A stretch of 64,000 bases of DNA from Limisphaerales bacterium (GCA_965221075.1 OZ244865.1:33123-97122); one strand, 5' to 3'. Positions 25,302 through 34,874 are shown, numbered from the stretch's first letter. Notes: generated from the letters alone by a model not told the origin. Made by a program: numbers and translations.

Positions 25302-26639
25302 ATGCCTACAGCCATGAAGCGCGGTGAACAGTACGACCAGGAACTGCTGGAAGAATACAGCAAGCCCTTGGTCAGGCAGGCCGCGCCCGCCTTCGTTGGC
25401 CGCCAGGACATCCTCGAGCTGATCCGGGACAACTGCCGCGTTGCGATGCGGGCCATCGGAAGGAACGAGCCCGCCGCCGGGCTCACCATCGTCCTCCAGG
25501 GCGCCCCCGGGGCCGGGAAGACCGCTGTCCTCTCGCACCTGGAGAAGGAATGGGACGGGAAGAAGGACCGCCCTCATATCCTGCCAGTGGACCAGACCAC
25601 CCTCGAAGACCCGGAGACTGCGGCGCTCGAGATCATCAGGAAGATCGCTCCCTCCAAGGCGAAGGACTACCGCCAGAAGGTCGTCACGAGCTCCGGAGCC
25701 AGGATAGGCATTGGAGGCCTCGGCGCGGAAGGCTCGACCACCCGTGCGACCGACCCGGAAGCCGCCTCCTTCTCCATCCTGAAGGAAGCCCTTCCCCCGC
25801 AGGACTGGAAGCAGCCCCTCTGCATCCTGGTGGACGAGATCCAGAACATTGAAAAGATCCACAAGAGCACACTGCAGTCCCTCCACCTAGGGAACCACCG
25901 CCTCCCCATCGTTCCCATCTACGCCGGCCTCGCCAATTCCACTGCTGCGCTGGCCGATGCCGGCCTCAGCCGCCTGCAAATCGGCAACGTCCGCACCCTG
26001 GGACCCCTGGTCGGCGAGGAGGTGCGCTCCTGCGTGAAGCAGATGCTGGTCAACTGCCGCATCGGCCTGGGCGCCGGCTACGTGCTGGATTGCCTGTCCG
26101 GCTGGATCGTGGAGAGCTCCGAGGGGTGGCCCCAGCATGTCCGGACCGAGGCGGCCGCTCTCTTCTGGGCTCTCGGCCTGGCCAAAGGCGAACTCCAGCG
26201 CATCGAGGTCGAAGCCATGATGGAGCGCGCAAGCGAATACCGGAACGAGAGCTATGAAGCCCGCCAAAGCGACGAAATGGCGAGCGCCGACCACCTGGTG
26301 GCGGCGGTCATGAAGGAGCTGCCTGCCGACGGCGGCCTGCGCCGCAGCAGGGTGCTGGACGCCATCAAGGGGAACGCCAAAGCCGGCCACGGCACCGGAT
26401 GGGAGCTTCCAAAAGGAATGGACGCGGATCTGTTCCTTGACCATCTGATCCAGAAGGGAGCCCTGCAGCCCGTCAACGCAGACACGCTGGCCTTCCCCAT
26501 CCCCAGCCTGCGCGCCTGGCTGATCGACCGGACCCGTCCGGAGGCGGAGAAAGCCGACCCCCGGCGCAAGCTCGCCCAGGCCCTCGTCCAGTGGGAAGCG
26601 GCCCTGGCGGCGGAATGGGCGGCCGAGGAGCTCAGCTAG
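25302..26639 (+). CDS. AAA+ P-loop ATPase paralog, copy 4 (intact; ends at a TAG that replaces Gln of copy 2)
   Basis: ATG 25302. MPTAMKRGEQYDQELLEEYSKPLVRQAAPAFVGRQDILELI..GLTIVLQGAPGAGKTAVL..PLCILVDEIQNI..LPIVPIYAGLANST..PIPSLRAWLIDR.. Confidence 0.8.
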   Translation: MPTAMKRGEQYDQELLEEYSKPLVRQAAPAFVGRQDILELIRDNCRVAMRAIGRNEPAAGLTIVLQGAPGAGKTAVLSHLEKEWDGKKDRPHILPVDQTTLEDPETAALEIIRKIAPSKAKDYRQKVVTSSGARIGIGGLGAEGSTTRATDPEAASFSILKEALPPQDWKQPLCILVDEIQNIEKIHKSTLQSLHLGNHRLPIVPIYAGLANSTAALADAGLSRLQIGNVRTLGPLVGEEVRSCVKQMLVNCRIGLGAGYVLDCLSGWIVESSEGWPQHVRTEAAALFWALGLAKGELQRIEVEAMMERASEYRNESYEARQSDEMASADHLVAAVMKELPADGGLRRSRVLDAIKGNAKAGHGTGWELPKGMDADLFLDHLIQKGALQPVNADTLAFPIPSLRAWLIDRTRPEAEKADPRRKLAQALVQWEAALAAEWAAEELS

Positions 26640-26847
26640 GCCAGGGATTCCTCCCGCTCCCAGGACGGCCAGGGGATGGATCAGGGCCGGCCGACTGCCG
26701 CCTGACCACCTCCAGGCTTCCGGACGGCTGCCCAGCGGCGTCGGCGCCTGGCATGGCCAGTCAACAATACGGACGTTATTCTGTCGGGATATCGTGCCAG
26801 GAAAACGGCAGGTCGACATGCCATGATGATTGACGAAATAAGCCATT

Positions 26848-27300
26848 ATGGCGCTTTCATGGCGCCCCCACCAGGAATGGGCCCATCCGAGGTTCTCCGC
26901 AGCTGGACAGGACACCGCCGATCGGCGCCTGGACGGGCTGGAATCGGCCCGGCAGAAAAGCGCCCAGACCGGCCAGTTCCTCGAAGTCTCCGTCCCAGCC
27001 GTCTCCGCGGGATGGATCGCAGGACTGCCCGGCCGCTTGACTGAAGAGAGGAAACCGCTTGATCGCCATATGGGAGAAAAACCGGATTGACTGGCGGCAG
27101 GACATCCGGACCAGGGCTATGGCCACCCTCTTCGCCCCTGTTTGCGGAGGCAGAGCGGGATCTGGCTTCAGAACGGACCAGGGAGGGCTTGGCCTGCCCT
27201 TCTGCCGCATGTCCTGCTTGCCGCCTTGACATGCATCCCGCAGCGCTTCATTCACCTCTGCACATGCGTGGACATCGCCTCTTGTCCAGCCATCGGTTAG
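26848..27300 (+). pseudogene. Small serine recombinase (resolvase/invertase type), decayed
   Basis: MALSWRPHQEWAHPRFSAAGQDTADRRLDGLESARQKSAQTGQFLEVSV. In shifted frames: LIAIWEKNRIDWRQDIRTRAMATLFAP and FAEAERDLASERTREGLA. These match VVYPRFSSTSQDTASQRL..IDQFIEVSA, FVAIMENIRINGKQDMQTKVMTALFALFAEIERDLIPERTREGMA of the copy at 44595..45156. Confidence 0.6.
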
Positions 27301-27352
27301 CCCGGCGCGCTCCCGTCCGGACTGCCGCCTTGCGCCCAGCCATGCATCTGCC

Positions 27353-29212
27353 ATGAGAGCTCCGAAGCACATCCTCTCCCTCTCCTTGCTCTTCGCCCTG
27401 CTTCCCCTGGCCCAGGAAGAGGAAGGGGATGCGCAGGCGCTGTTCTCGAAGCTCGCGGGAATGGCCGTCGAACTGGGACTGGAATCAAGCGGCTCGAAGT
27501 CGATCTCCTTGGAGGACGATCCCTATCTCGGGAAGCTGGGAGAGGATATCCTGAAGCTTCTGGTGGAAAGGGACGCCGAGGACTACCTGGACTCCAGCGT
27601 GGCTACTCCCGAGATGTACAGGCTTTGGAACAAGGTCAGAGAAACCGAAACACACCGTGCCCAGGCCATTTCTTCTCCCTTTTCTGCTCTCAAGCACGGA
27701 GTGGAAGGCGTGCTGGACCTGGCCGCGAAGCTCGCCTTGCCCGACGAGGAGGGAGCCTTCCAGGTGAAGTCGATCCGGGTCGGCAGCCTGAACAGCATCT
27801 CCAGAGAGATCCTGTGGGGGAGCGGGATCGAGATCCAGCTGGCCCTGGCTCCCGATGCGATTGGCGAGCCCGACAGGAAGTACCAGGGGGAATATGTCCT
27901 GTACGTCGCAAGTGCCATACGCTCGGTCGACGGCTGGGGCCTCGTCCCTAACCGCATGGGATGGACAGGCCTCCCCGATGCCTTGCTGGGGGAGCATGAA
28001 AGGACTGCCCTGTCCTTCAATGCCCTATGGAAGGAGGAGGATTATGCAAGGCTCGCCGAACCCGGCGCCACAGTTGTCGGGACAGAGGGAAGCGGCTCGG
28101 ATTCCCCGGATTCGATCACCATGGAGGACGATCCCTCTCTCGGACGGCTGGGGAAGGACATCCTGCGGCTTCTGGTCGAAAGGGACGCTTCGGCCTACCT
28201 GGACTCCAGCGTGGCATCGCCCGAGTCTCTCGGGCATGCGATCGGGATCGGGGAAGCCGCCATAACTGCCGCTCGTGCCCAGATCATTTCAGCTCTCGAG
28301 GACGACGTGGAAGGCATGCTGGAACTGGCCTCGAAGCTCGACTTGCCCGACGAGGAGGGCGCCTTCCAGGTGAAGTCGATCAAGGTCGGCACGCTGCTCG
28401 ACAGGAACAGGAGCGGCGGCGAGAGACTTGATGGAGCGGATATCGAGATCCGGCTGGAGCTGGATCCCGATGCGATCGAGAAGCTCGACGTGAAGTACCA
28501 GGGGGAATATGTCCTGTACGCCGACGGTGCCATGCGCTCGGCCGACGGCTGGGGCCTGTTCGGTAGAAAGATCAGGTGGATCAGCCTCCCCGAGGCGCTG
28601 CTGGGGGAGGAGGACAAGACTGCTCTTCTCGCCGAGGCGTACCTGAAGGAGCATGGAACCTTGATGCCCGGGACTGCGGCTCCCGAGTTCGCCTTCTACG
28701 GATTGGAGGAAGGCGGCGAGTTCCACAGCAAGGCGGAACTGAAGGGCAAGGTGGTGGTGCTGGAGTTCTGGGCGACCTGGTGCGGTCCCTGCCAGGAGCC
28801 CATGGCCAAGCTGCAGGCATACGTGGATCGGAATCCTGGATGGAAGGGCAGGGTCGAAGTGCTGGCGCTGAGCATCGACTCGGCTCCCGAGAAGGCCCTG
28901 GCGCATCTGGAGAGGAACGGCTGGACCTCCACCCGGAATGTCTGGAGCGGTCCCGGGGAATGGAACGCCGGCGCAGCCCAGGCCTTCAAGCTAGAATCAA
29001 TCCCCACCATGTACGTGATCGGCGCCAACGGGATGATCGCCGAAGCCGGGAGTCCCAATCTCATCGATGTGCCCGCGCTAGTCGAGCATCTCCTCGACAA
29101 TCCAGGCTACACTGCCCCCAGACCGTCCAGAGTGTCGCCCGTGCGCGTCTACACCCTTCCTCCAGGAGTCCTTCCTTCCAGCGCGGCCGAGGCCTCCCCC
29201 CTTCTCCGCTGA
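27353..29212 (+). CDS. Exported protein: two copies of an unassigned ~175-aa domain fused to a C-terminal TlpA-like thioredoxin domain (WCGPC)
   Basis: Signal MRAPKHILSLSLLFALLPLA. Internal repeat aa ~46-220 versus ~247-425 (SI(S/T)(L/M)EDDP.LG.LG.DIL.LLVERDA..YLDSSVA..VEG.L.LA.KL.LPDEEGAFQVKSI.VG..IEI.L.L.PDAI...D.KYQGEYVLY..A.RS.DGWGL). C-terminal GTAAPEFAFYGLEEGGEF..LKGKVVVLEFWATWCGPCQEP..IPTMYVIGANG. Confidence 0.8.
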   Translation: MRAPKHILSLSLLFALLPLAQEEEGDAQALFSKLAGMAVELGLESSGSKSISLEDDPYLGKLGEDILKLLVERDAEDYLDSSVATPEMYRLWNKVRETETHRAQAISSPFSALKHGVEGVLDLAAKLALPDEEGAFQVKSIRVGSLNSISREILWGSGIEIQLALAPDAIGEPDRKYQGEYVLYVASAIRSVDGWGLVPNRMGWTGLPDALLGEHERTALSFNALWKEEDYARLAEPGATVVGTEGSGSDSPDSITMEDDPSLGRLGKDILRLLVERDASAYLDSSVASPESLGHAIGIGEAAITAARAQIISALEDDVEGMLELASKLDLPDEEGAFQVKSIKVGTLLDRNRSGGERLDGADIEIRLELDPDAIEKLDVKYQGEYVLYADGAMRSADGWGLFGRKIRWISLPEALLGEEDKTALLAEAYLKEHGTLMPGTAAPEFAFYGLEEGGEFHSKAELKGKVVVLEFWATWCGPCQEPMAKLQAYVDRNPGWKGRVEVLALSIDSAPEKALAHLERNGWTSTRNVWSGPGEWNAGAAQAFKLESIPTMYVIGANGMIAEAGSPNLIDVPALVEHLLDNPGYTAPRPSRVSPVRVYTLPPGVLPSSAAEASPLLR

Positions 29213-29647
29213 GCGGGAACGACGTCTCGCCATCTCTCGAGAGCCCGGAGGTTCGGATCTTCCCGTCGCCATTGCTCCGCCGGGAGGCTGGCGCGTCCCG
29301 CTGATGAAGCGGATGGAGGCCTCCCCGTCCCTGCATGATGGCCGCCTGGGCTGAACGCGCCGCGTCCTGTCCGTTCCATCCATTCCGGGGATCCAGGGGG
29401 ACAGAGCCCCCAGCGGCAAGCAGGACGCAGGGCCGGGCCCCTGCTCTGACCAAGCTCCGTTCCACCCTCCGGCGCCCCCATGGACTGCTTCCTTGCCGAT
29501 CCAGGGCCGAGGCGGCCTGCGGAGGCTTCAAGCACAGGTACGAAGGCCTGCATGATGGGCATGGGATTGGCCTGCGGGAGCCGTTCCCGCTTGCCATGGA
29601 GCCCGTTCCGTGACACGCTGGAGGCTGAACCGTCTGTTCTGCTTGGG

Positions 29648-30586
29648 ATGAAGCGCCGCCTGCCGATCTCCGCCCTGGCCGTATTGGTGCCGGTCCTGGC
29701 CCTGCCGGGCGTCCAGGGAGGCGAGCCGGTGATCTTCCGCGGCTCCCCCGATCGGGCCGGATCCCCCCGGAAGGGCGGAGAGCCGGCGATCTTCTGCAAC
29801 TCCCCCGATCAGGGCGGATCCCCCCGGAAGGACGGCGGTAGCCTAGGAGGCGATCCGGCCGGAATCGACCTCCAGAGCGGCTCGGTGGAGGGGGTGACGG
29901 TCGCCTGGAAGAGCGGGGAGTCCAAGGATGAGGCAGAGCTGAGCCCCCGCCAGATCGAGCAGCTGATCGAGTTCTTCAAGATCGGGGACGGCTGGAAGTC
30001 CGGGGAGCCCGAGGCGGAGAGGTACGGCGGCCAGGATACGGGCCTGGTCATGGACGGCTACGGCTCCATGCCGATCCAGGAGCTGGAGGAGCTGTCCGGG
30101 AAGGACCGGAAGGAGGCCGGCCGGACGAGGGAGCCGAGCACGGACCAGTCCGGCGAACGGGCGGATCTGGAGATCGACGCGGTTCTCGAAGCCTTCGCAA
30201 GGGCCGAGAACTTCGAGGCGAGGAGAGCGGAGATCGGCAATCCCCAGCTCGACATGTTCAAGTTCCGCTTCGACGAGGATCCGCTCTCCTCCGAAGGCCG
30301 GGACAATTCCGCGCCGTTCGCTGTAACGCCCGACTTCGGCTCCTTCCTCAACCGCATCCAGTTCGGCGATCCCGGCTCTGCCGCAGCCTCCATGCCGGGC
30401 CTGGAGTCCTCCTCCTCCCTGCCCCAGCACGGCAGCGGGCCAGGCCGGCTTCTGGATTCTCCCAGGGCCGCCGCCCCGCCCTTCGCCCCCCCGTCGGCCT
30501 CCCCCGGCGAGGGCCTCGGATCTCCCCGCCTGCCCGACGTCAACCGGATCCCGGCCATCTTCGAGCCGCCGCGCCGATCCTTCTAG
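29648..30586 (+). CDS. Hypothetical secreted acidic/low-complexity protein
   Basis: ATG 29648. Signal MKRRLPISALAVLVPVLALPGVQG. Tandem 19-aa repeat GGEP(V/A)IF..SPD..GSPRK. No recognisable domain. Confidence 0.5.
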   Translation: MKRRLPISALAVLVPVLALPGVQGGEPVIFRGSPDRAGSPRKGGEPAIFCNSPDQGGSPRKDGGSLGGDPAGIDLQSGSVEGVTVAWKSGESKDEAELSPRQIEQLIEFFKIGDGWKSGEPEAERYGGQDTGLVMDGYGSMPIQELEELSGKDRKEAGRTREPSTDQSGERADLEIDAVLEAFARAENFEARRAEIGNPQLDMFKFRFDEDPLSSEGRDNSAPFAVTPDFGSFLNRIQFGDPGSAAASMPGLESSSSLPQHGSGPGRLLDSPRAAAPPFAPPSASPGEGLGSPRLPDVNRIPAIFEPPRRSF

Positions 30587-31209
30587 GCCTGCTCCAGGGC
30601 CTCCAGCAGCGAGGGGTAGTCCCGGATCTCCGGGAACTGGGGGTGGTCCGCGGCGATCTCCGGGGGCGGCCGGAACAGGAAACCCCTGTGGGCCTCCTCG
30701 AGCATGGAGAGGTCGTTGAAGGAGTCCCCCGCCGCCAGCACGCGGTAGCCGAGCGAGCGGAAGGCCGCCACCGCCCTTCGCTTCTGATCGCTCTGCCTGA
30801 GCCTGTAGCCGGCGATGCGGTCCCCCCTGATCTCCAGGCGGTGGCAGAAGATGGCGGGCCAGCCCAGCTGCCTCATCAGGGGGCGGGCGAACTCCTCGAA
30901 GGTGTCCGAGAGGATGATCACCTGCATCCGGCTCCTCAGCCGGTCCAGGAAGTCCCGGGCCCCCTCCAGCGGCCCCAGGCCGGCGATCACCTCCTGGACG
31001 GCCTGCAGGCCCAGATCCTCCCGCTCCAGGATGGCCAGCCGTCCCCGCATCAGCTGGTCGTAGTCGGGGATGTCCCGGGTGGTGAGCTTGAGATCCTCGG
31101 CCCCGATCCGCTCGGCCACCGCGACCCAGATCTCGGGAACCAGCACGCCCTCCAGATCCAGGGTGGCCAGGGTCTGGCAAGATGGCGGAGAGTCCATGTC
31201 CGGAGTCAT
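30583..31209 (-). CDS. thrH: HAD-family phosphoserine phosphatase/homoserine phosphotransferase (ThrH-like)
   Basis: ..LATLDLEGVLVPEIWVAVAE..GAEDLKLTTRDIPDYDQLM..RL..L..VIILSDTFEEFA.PLMRQLGWP.IFCH.L......I.GY.LRQ.DQKR..V......Y.V.AAGDSFND..ML. The whole length resembles ThrH. Confidence 0.7.
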   Translation of the reverse strand: MTPDMDSPPSCQTLATLDLEGVLVPEIWVAVAERIGAEDLKLTTRDIPDYDQLMRGRLAILEREDLGLQAVQEVIAGLGPLEGARDFLDRLRSRMQVIILSDTFEEFARPLMRQLGWPAIFCHRLEIRGDRIAGYRLRQSDQKRRAVAAFRSLGYRVLAAGDSFNDLSMLEEAHRGFLFRPPPEIAADHPQFPEIRDYPSLLEALEQA

Positions 31210-31258
31210 GCTCCCAGGGACTCTACGGGGGAGGATCCCCGCTCCGCAATCCCGGGAC

Positions 31259-32464
31259 CTATCCCTCCAGGAGCACCACCGAAACCGGACTCCCCGCGGG
31301 CAGCTCGCCTCCGGCAGGAACCCGCACCCACCCGTCGGCGCCGGAGAGGCCGTGAAGGGCGTGGGAGGCCTGCATTCCCACCCCCTCCACGCCTCCCTGC
31401 CCGTCGAACCTGACCCTCAGGTAGTGAGGGCGGTCCCCCCGGTTGGCCAGGCCGGAGACCAGGGTTCCGGGCCGGCGGCGGCTGCCGGTGTCGAGGGCGC
31501 CCTGGAGCCGAAGCAGGGCGGGACGGACCAGCATCGTGAAGACGGTGACGGCCGAGACCGGATTGCCGGGGAGGCCGAAGAGCGGCACGTCCCCCACCTG
31601 GGCGAACAGGAACGGCTTGCCCGGCTGCATGCGGACCCGCCAGAAGCGGATCGCTCCTCCCAGGGACTCGATCGCCGGACGGACCAGATCGTGGTCCCCC
31701 ACCGACACCCCTCCGCAGGTGATCACCGCGTCGCTGCCGCCGGCCGCCCGCTCCAGGGCCTCCGCCAGATCCTCGATCCGGTCGGCCACCGGGGGGCCGG
31801 AAGCGGCCGGCTCCGCCCCGGCCTGGCGGCACAGGGCCTCCAGCGCCACGCAGTTGCTCTCGTAGATGGCTCCAGGCCGCAGGGGCCGCCCCGGAGGCTG
31901 GAGCTCCCGCCCGGTAGCCAGTACGGAGACCCGGGGCCGGGCCGCGACCCGGACCCGGGCATGGCCGCTGGCCGCCAGGACCCCCAGGTGCCTCGCCCCG
32001 GCCCGCTCCCCCCGGGACATGAGGAGGGCGCCCCGTTCCACATCCTCGCCCCGCAGCCGGACATGCTCCCAGGGCCGGAGCCGCTCTCGGACCACCAGGG
32101 ACCGGCCCCTAAGCTCGGCATCCTCCTGCATCAGCACCGCGTCGGCCCCGGACGGCAGGAACGATCCGGTGAAGATGCGCAGCGCGGTCCCGGGGGCCAG
32201 GGCCCTCTGCGGGGCCTGTCCGGCCGGAAGGCTTCCAGCCAGGTCCAGGACGCAGGGGGACCCGTCGCCGGCCCGGCGGACGTCCTGGGAGCGCAGGGCG
32301 TAGCCGTCCACTGCCGAGTTGTCGGTCGGCGGCAGATCGATCCCGGCATGGAGATCCTCGGCCAAGATCCGGCCGCAGAGAGCGCCCAGCCCGACGCTCT
32401 CCTCCCGGGGCAGGGGGGAGAGCGCGGCCAGGATCCTGGCCCTGGCCTCCTCTTCCTCGATCAT
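31259..32464 (-). CDS. moeA: Molybdopterin molybdotransferase MoeA
   Basis: ATG 32464 (GTG 32473 is possible). ..LPPTDNSAVDGYALRS..IFTGSFLPSGADAV..; ..ITCGGVSVGDHDLV..; MQPGKPFLFA..GLPGNPVS. Confidence 0.85.
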   Translation of the reverse strand: MIEEEEARARILAALSPLPREESVGLGALCGRILAEDLHAGIDLPPTDNSAVDGYALRSQDVRRAGDGSPCVLDLAGSLPAGQAPQRALAPGTALRIFTGSFLPSGADAVLMQEDAELRGRSLVVRERLRPWEHVRLRGEDVERGALLMSRGERAGARHLGVLAASGHARVRVAARPRVSVLATGRELQPPGRPLRPGAIYESNCVALEALCRQAGAEPAASGPPVADRIEDLAEALERAAGGSDAVITCGGVSVGDHDLVRPAIESLGGAIRFWRVRMQPGKPFLFAQVGDVPLFGLPGNPVSAVTVFTMLVRPALLRLQGALDTGSRRRPGTLVSGLANRGDRPHYLRVRFDGQGGVEGVGMQASHALHGLSGADGWVRVPAGGELPAGSPVSVVLLEG

Positions 32465-32538
32465 GGCCGCCACTCCTTCGGTTCTAGCCTCCGTCTCCGA
32501 TCCATGCCAGCCTGCCCGGGGCCCGTTCCCCGGAAAGG

Positions 32539-33294
32539 ATGCCTCCGATCGATCGAGACCGTAGCGAGGGCGAGGGGGAAGGATCGGCGAGGATCAGGAG
32601 CCTCTTCGACCGGATCGCCTCCCGCTACGATCTGCTCAACGACCTCCAGAGCCTGGGCCTGCACCGGCGCCTCAAGCGGCGCCTGGTCGAGAGGGCCCTC
32701 GCAGGCGGGGGACGCCGGGTGCTGGACGTCTGCTGCGGAACCGGCGACGTAGCCCTGGCGCTGGCCGCCGCCGGGGCCGAGGCCACGGGACTCGACTTCT
32801 CGCCCCGCATGGTGGAGCTGGCCCGCCGCAGGCCGGGAGCGGAGCGGGTGCGGGAATTCGTGGTCGGCGACGCCCTGGCGCTCCCCTTTCCCCCGGAGAG
32901 CTTCGATGCGGTCACCATCTCCTTCGGCCTGAGGAACCTGACCGACATCCCGGCGGCCCTGGAAGAGATGATCCGGGTGCTCAAGCCGGAGGGCCGCTTG
33001 CTTATCCTGGAGTTCGGGAAGCCCCCCAGCGCCCTCTGGCGCTTCCTCTGGTACCAGTGGCTCCGGAGCGTGCCCCCCCTGCTGGGACGCCTCTTCGGAG
33101 GCGAGGCCGCCGCCTGGAGGTACATCCTTTCCAGCCTGGAGCGCTATCCCGGGCAGGAGGGCGTCGGGAGGCTGCTGGAGTCCCGCCTGGAGGGGCCTGT
33201 CCAGCTCTCCAACCTGGCGGGAGGCGCCATCTCCCTTCAATGCGCCCGAAGGAAGGCCCGCCCGGAATCCGCATCGGGCGGATGCCGCCCATGA
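32539..33294 (+). CDS. ubiE: Demethylmenaquinone/ubiquinone C-methyltransferase UbiE/MenG
   Basis: ..IRSLFDRIASRYDLLNDLQSLGLHR.LKR..; SAM motif RVLDVCCGTGDVAL; ..ISFGLRNLTD....L.EM.RVLKPEGRLLILEF.KP. Confidence 0.85.
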   Translation: MPPIDRDRSEGEGEGSARIRSLFDRIASRYDLLNDLQSLGLHRRLKRRLVERALAGGGRRVLDVCCGTGDVALALAAAGAEATGLDFSPRMVELARRRPGAERVREFVVGDALALPFPPESFDAVTISFGLRNLTDIPAALEEMIRVLKPEGRLLILEFGKPPSALWRFLWYQWLRSVPPLLGRLFGGEAAAWRYILSSLERYPGQEGVGRLLESRLEGPVQLSNLAGGAISLQCARRKARPESASGGCRP

Positions 33295-34414
33295 AGCGGC
33301 AGGCGCGCGCCGCCCGATCGACCGGTGGGCGGGACGAAGCCGGCCGGGAATCGGCCGCCTGGCGCAGAGAGCCGTCCCAGACAACGACGGCGAGAGAGGA
33401 CGGCGCATTGCCGGCCCATGGGACGAGGAGCGGAGCGACGATCCCCCTGTGCGGTCGCCGGCGATTCTCCGGGAGCGTTCTCCCGTATTGCGCCTGGCGC
33501 TTTCCAGGCGCGGGAAGGCGCCTGCGTGCTTGCCGGATTCAGGACGCTGCTGGCCGGCCGAGGAGCCGACAGTCTGGAAAGGAATGCGCCGCCGTGTCCT
33601 GGTGGCTCCCGCCATGCGGGATCGCCGCGGCCAGGCACGATGGCAGGAGACGGCCAGGATGGAACCGGACCTGCCCGAAGAAGGGCTGGCCGGTTCGCCG
33701 GCATGTCCGCTCATGCTCCAGCCTGGCGAATCCCCGCGCTGGTTCGAGCTGCAAGGAGGCCGGCGCGGCCGGAGCCGCGGGATTGACTGGATTGCCGTAT
33801 TCGGCCAGGCTGGGGTCCCGCGGAGGGACAGCTCGATGGAACCGGAGAAAAGCACGGGCAGGACTTCGGGAAGCGATGGCGCGCCAAGCCTGATCACGCC
33901 TTCGACTGCCTTGCTCAATCGGAGGCTGGGCATCTCGCCCGCTCCCCGGATGCTGACGCGATCCGAGATCGACTTGCTGCGGCAGAGCGCCAGGGAGATC
34001 GCTCAGGCGACTCGGGAAGCGTTGGGGAGCAGAGGCTCCAAATCAAGCAGCTGAGGCTTCCAGGACGCCTGTCGCCGGCACGGGCGCGACACGCCGTTCC
34101 CGGCCGGCGCATGGCCATGCTGGATCCCGGGATCGGCCCGACAGCGAGGCTGCAGAGCCTGCGAATGCAGTGCGGAAGAGTCCCGCTTCCAGCGGCTCCT
34201 GGGCCATTGCGCTGCGCCACCGCGGCCCTTGGGACTGGTGCCGTATACAGGCTCCGCCTGCAAGCAGCAGGCTCCCCGCGCAGCATCGGCGCTGGCTGAT
34301 CATGGATGGATTCGCCAGCCCTTCCTGGCGGGCGATCCACCGCGCTCGCTCTCGCTTCCATCGCCCCTCCCCTCCCGGGTAATTCCTTTGCTTTCGCCCC
34401 CGGCGGTTGCTCAA

Positions 34415-34864
34415 ATGCCCCCTCCTATGAGTGAGCTGCTCGACCGCTTCCTGGAAAGCCGCAGGATCCTGATCCAGGAACGGGAACAGATCGTCAGTCG
34501 CATGGATCGGATCGAGGAAGCGCTCCGGATCGGCGAGAGGCCGCCCCTGCCCCCGATGGAGGAAATACCTCTCCCCCCTCCCCCTCTTCCCTCCCGCAAG
34601 GCCTGGCGCAGGGAGGCGCCCCCCGCCCCCGAGGAGGATCCCGCTCCCGATCCCGCTCCCTCCGGACCGCGCAACACCATGACCCTCAAGGAAGCCGTGC
34701 TGAAGGTGCTCGAGGAGAAGCCGCTGGGAAAGAAGGAGATCCTCGAGGGGGTGCTGGCCCTCGGCTACCGCTTCCGCACCGACAGCCCGGAGAACACCCT
34801 CAACACCGTCCTCTACAACAAGAAGCACTTCTCCCGCGACAAGGGGCTCTTCGGGCCCGCCTGA
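34415..34864 (+). CDS. Small protein with Pro-rich linker and C-terminal HARE-HTH-like winged helix
   Basis: ATG 34415. [37 protein letters not shown].. The C-terminus is [57 protein letters not shown]. It lies 10 nt upstream of hisF. Confidence 0.5.
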   Translation: MPPPMSELLDRFLESRRILIQEREQIVSRMDRIEEALRIGERPPLPPMEEIPLPPPPLPSRKAWRREAPPAPEEDPAPDPAPSGPRNTMTLKEAVLKVLEEKPLGKKEILEGVLALGYRFRTDSPENTLNTVLYNKKHFSRDKGLFGPA

Positions 34865-34874
34865 ACCGCCCCGC

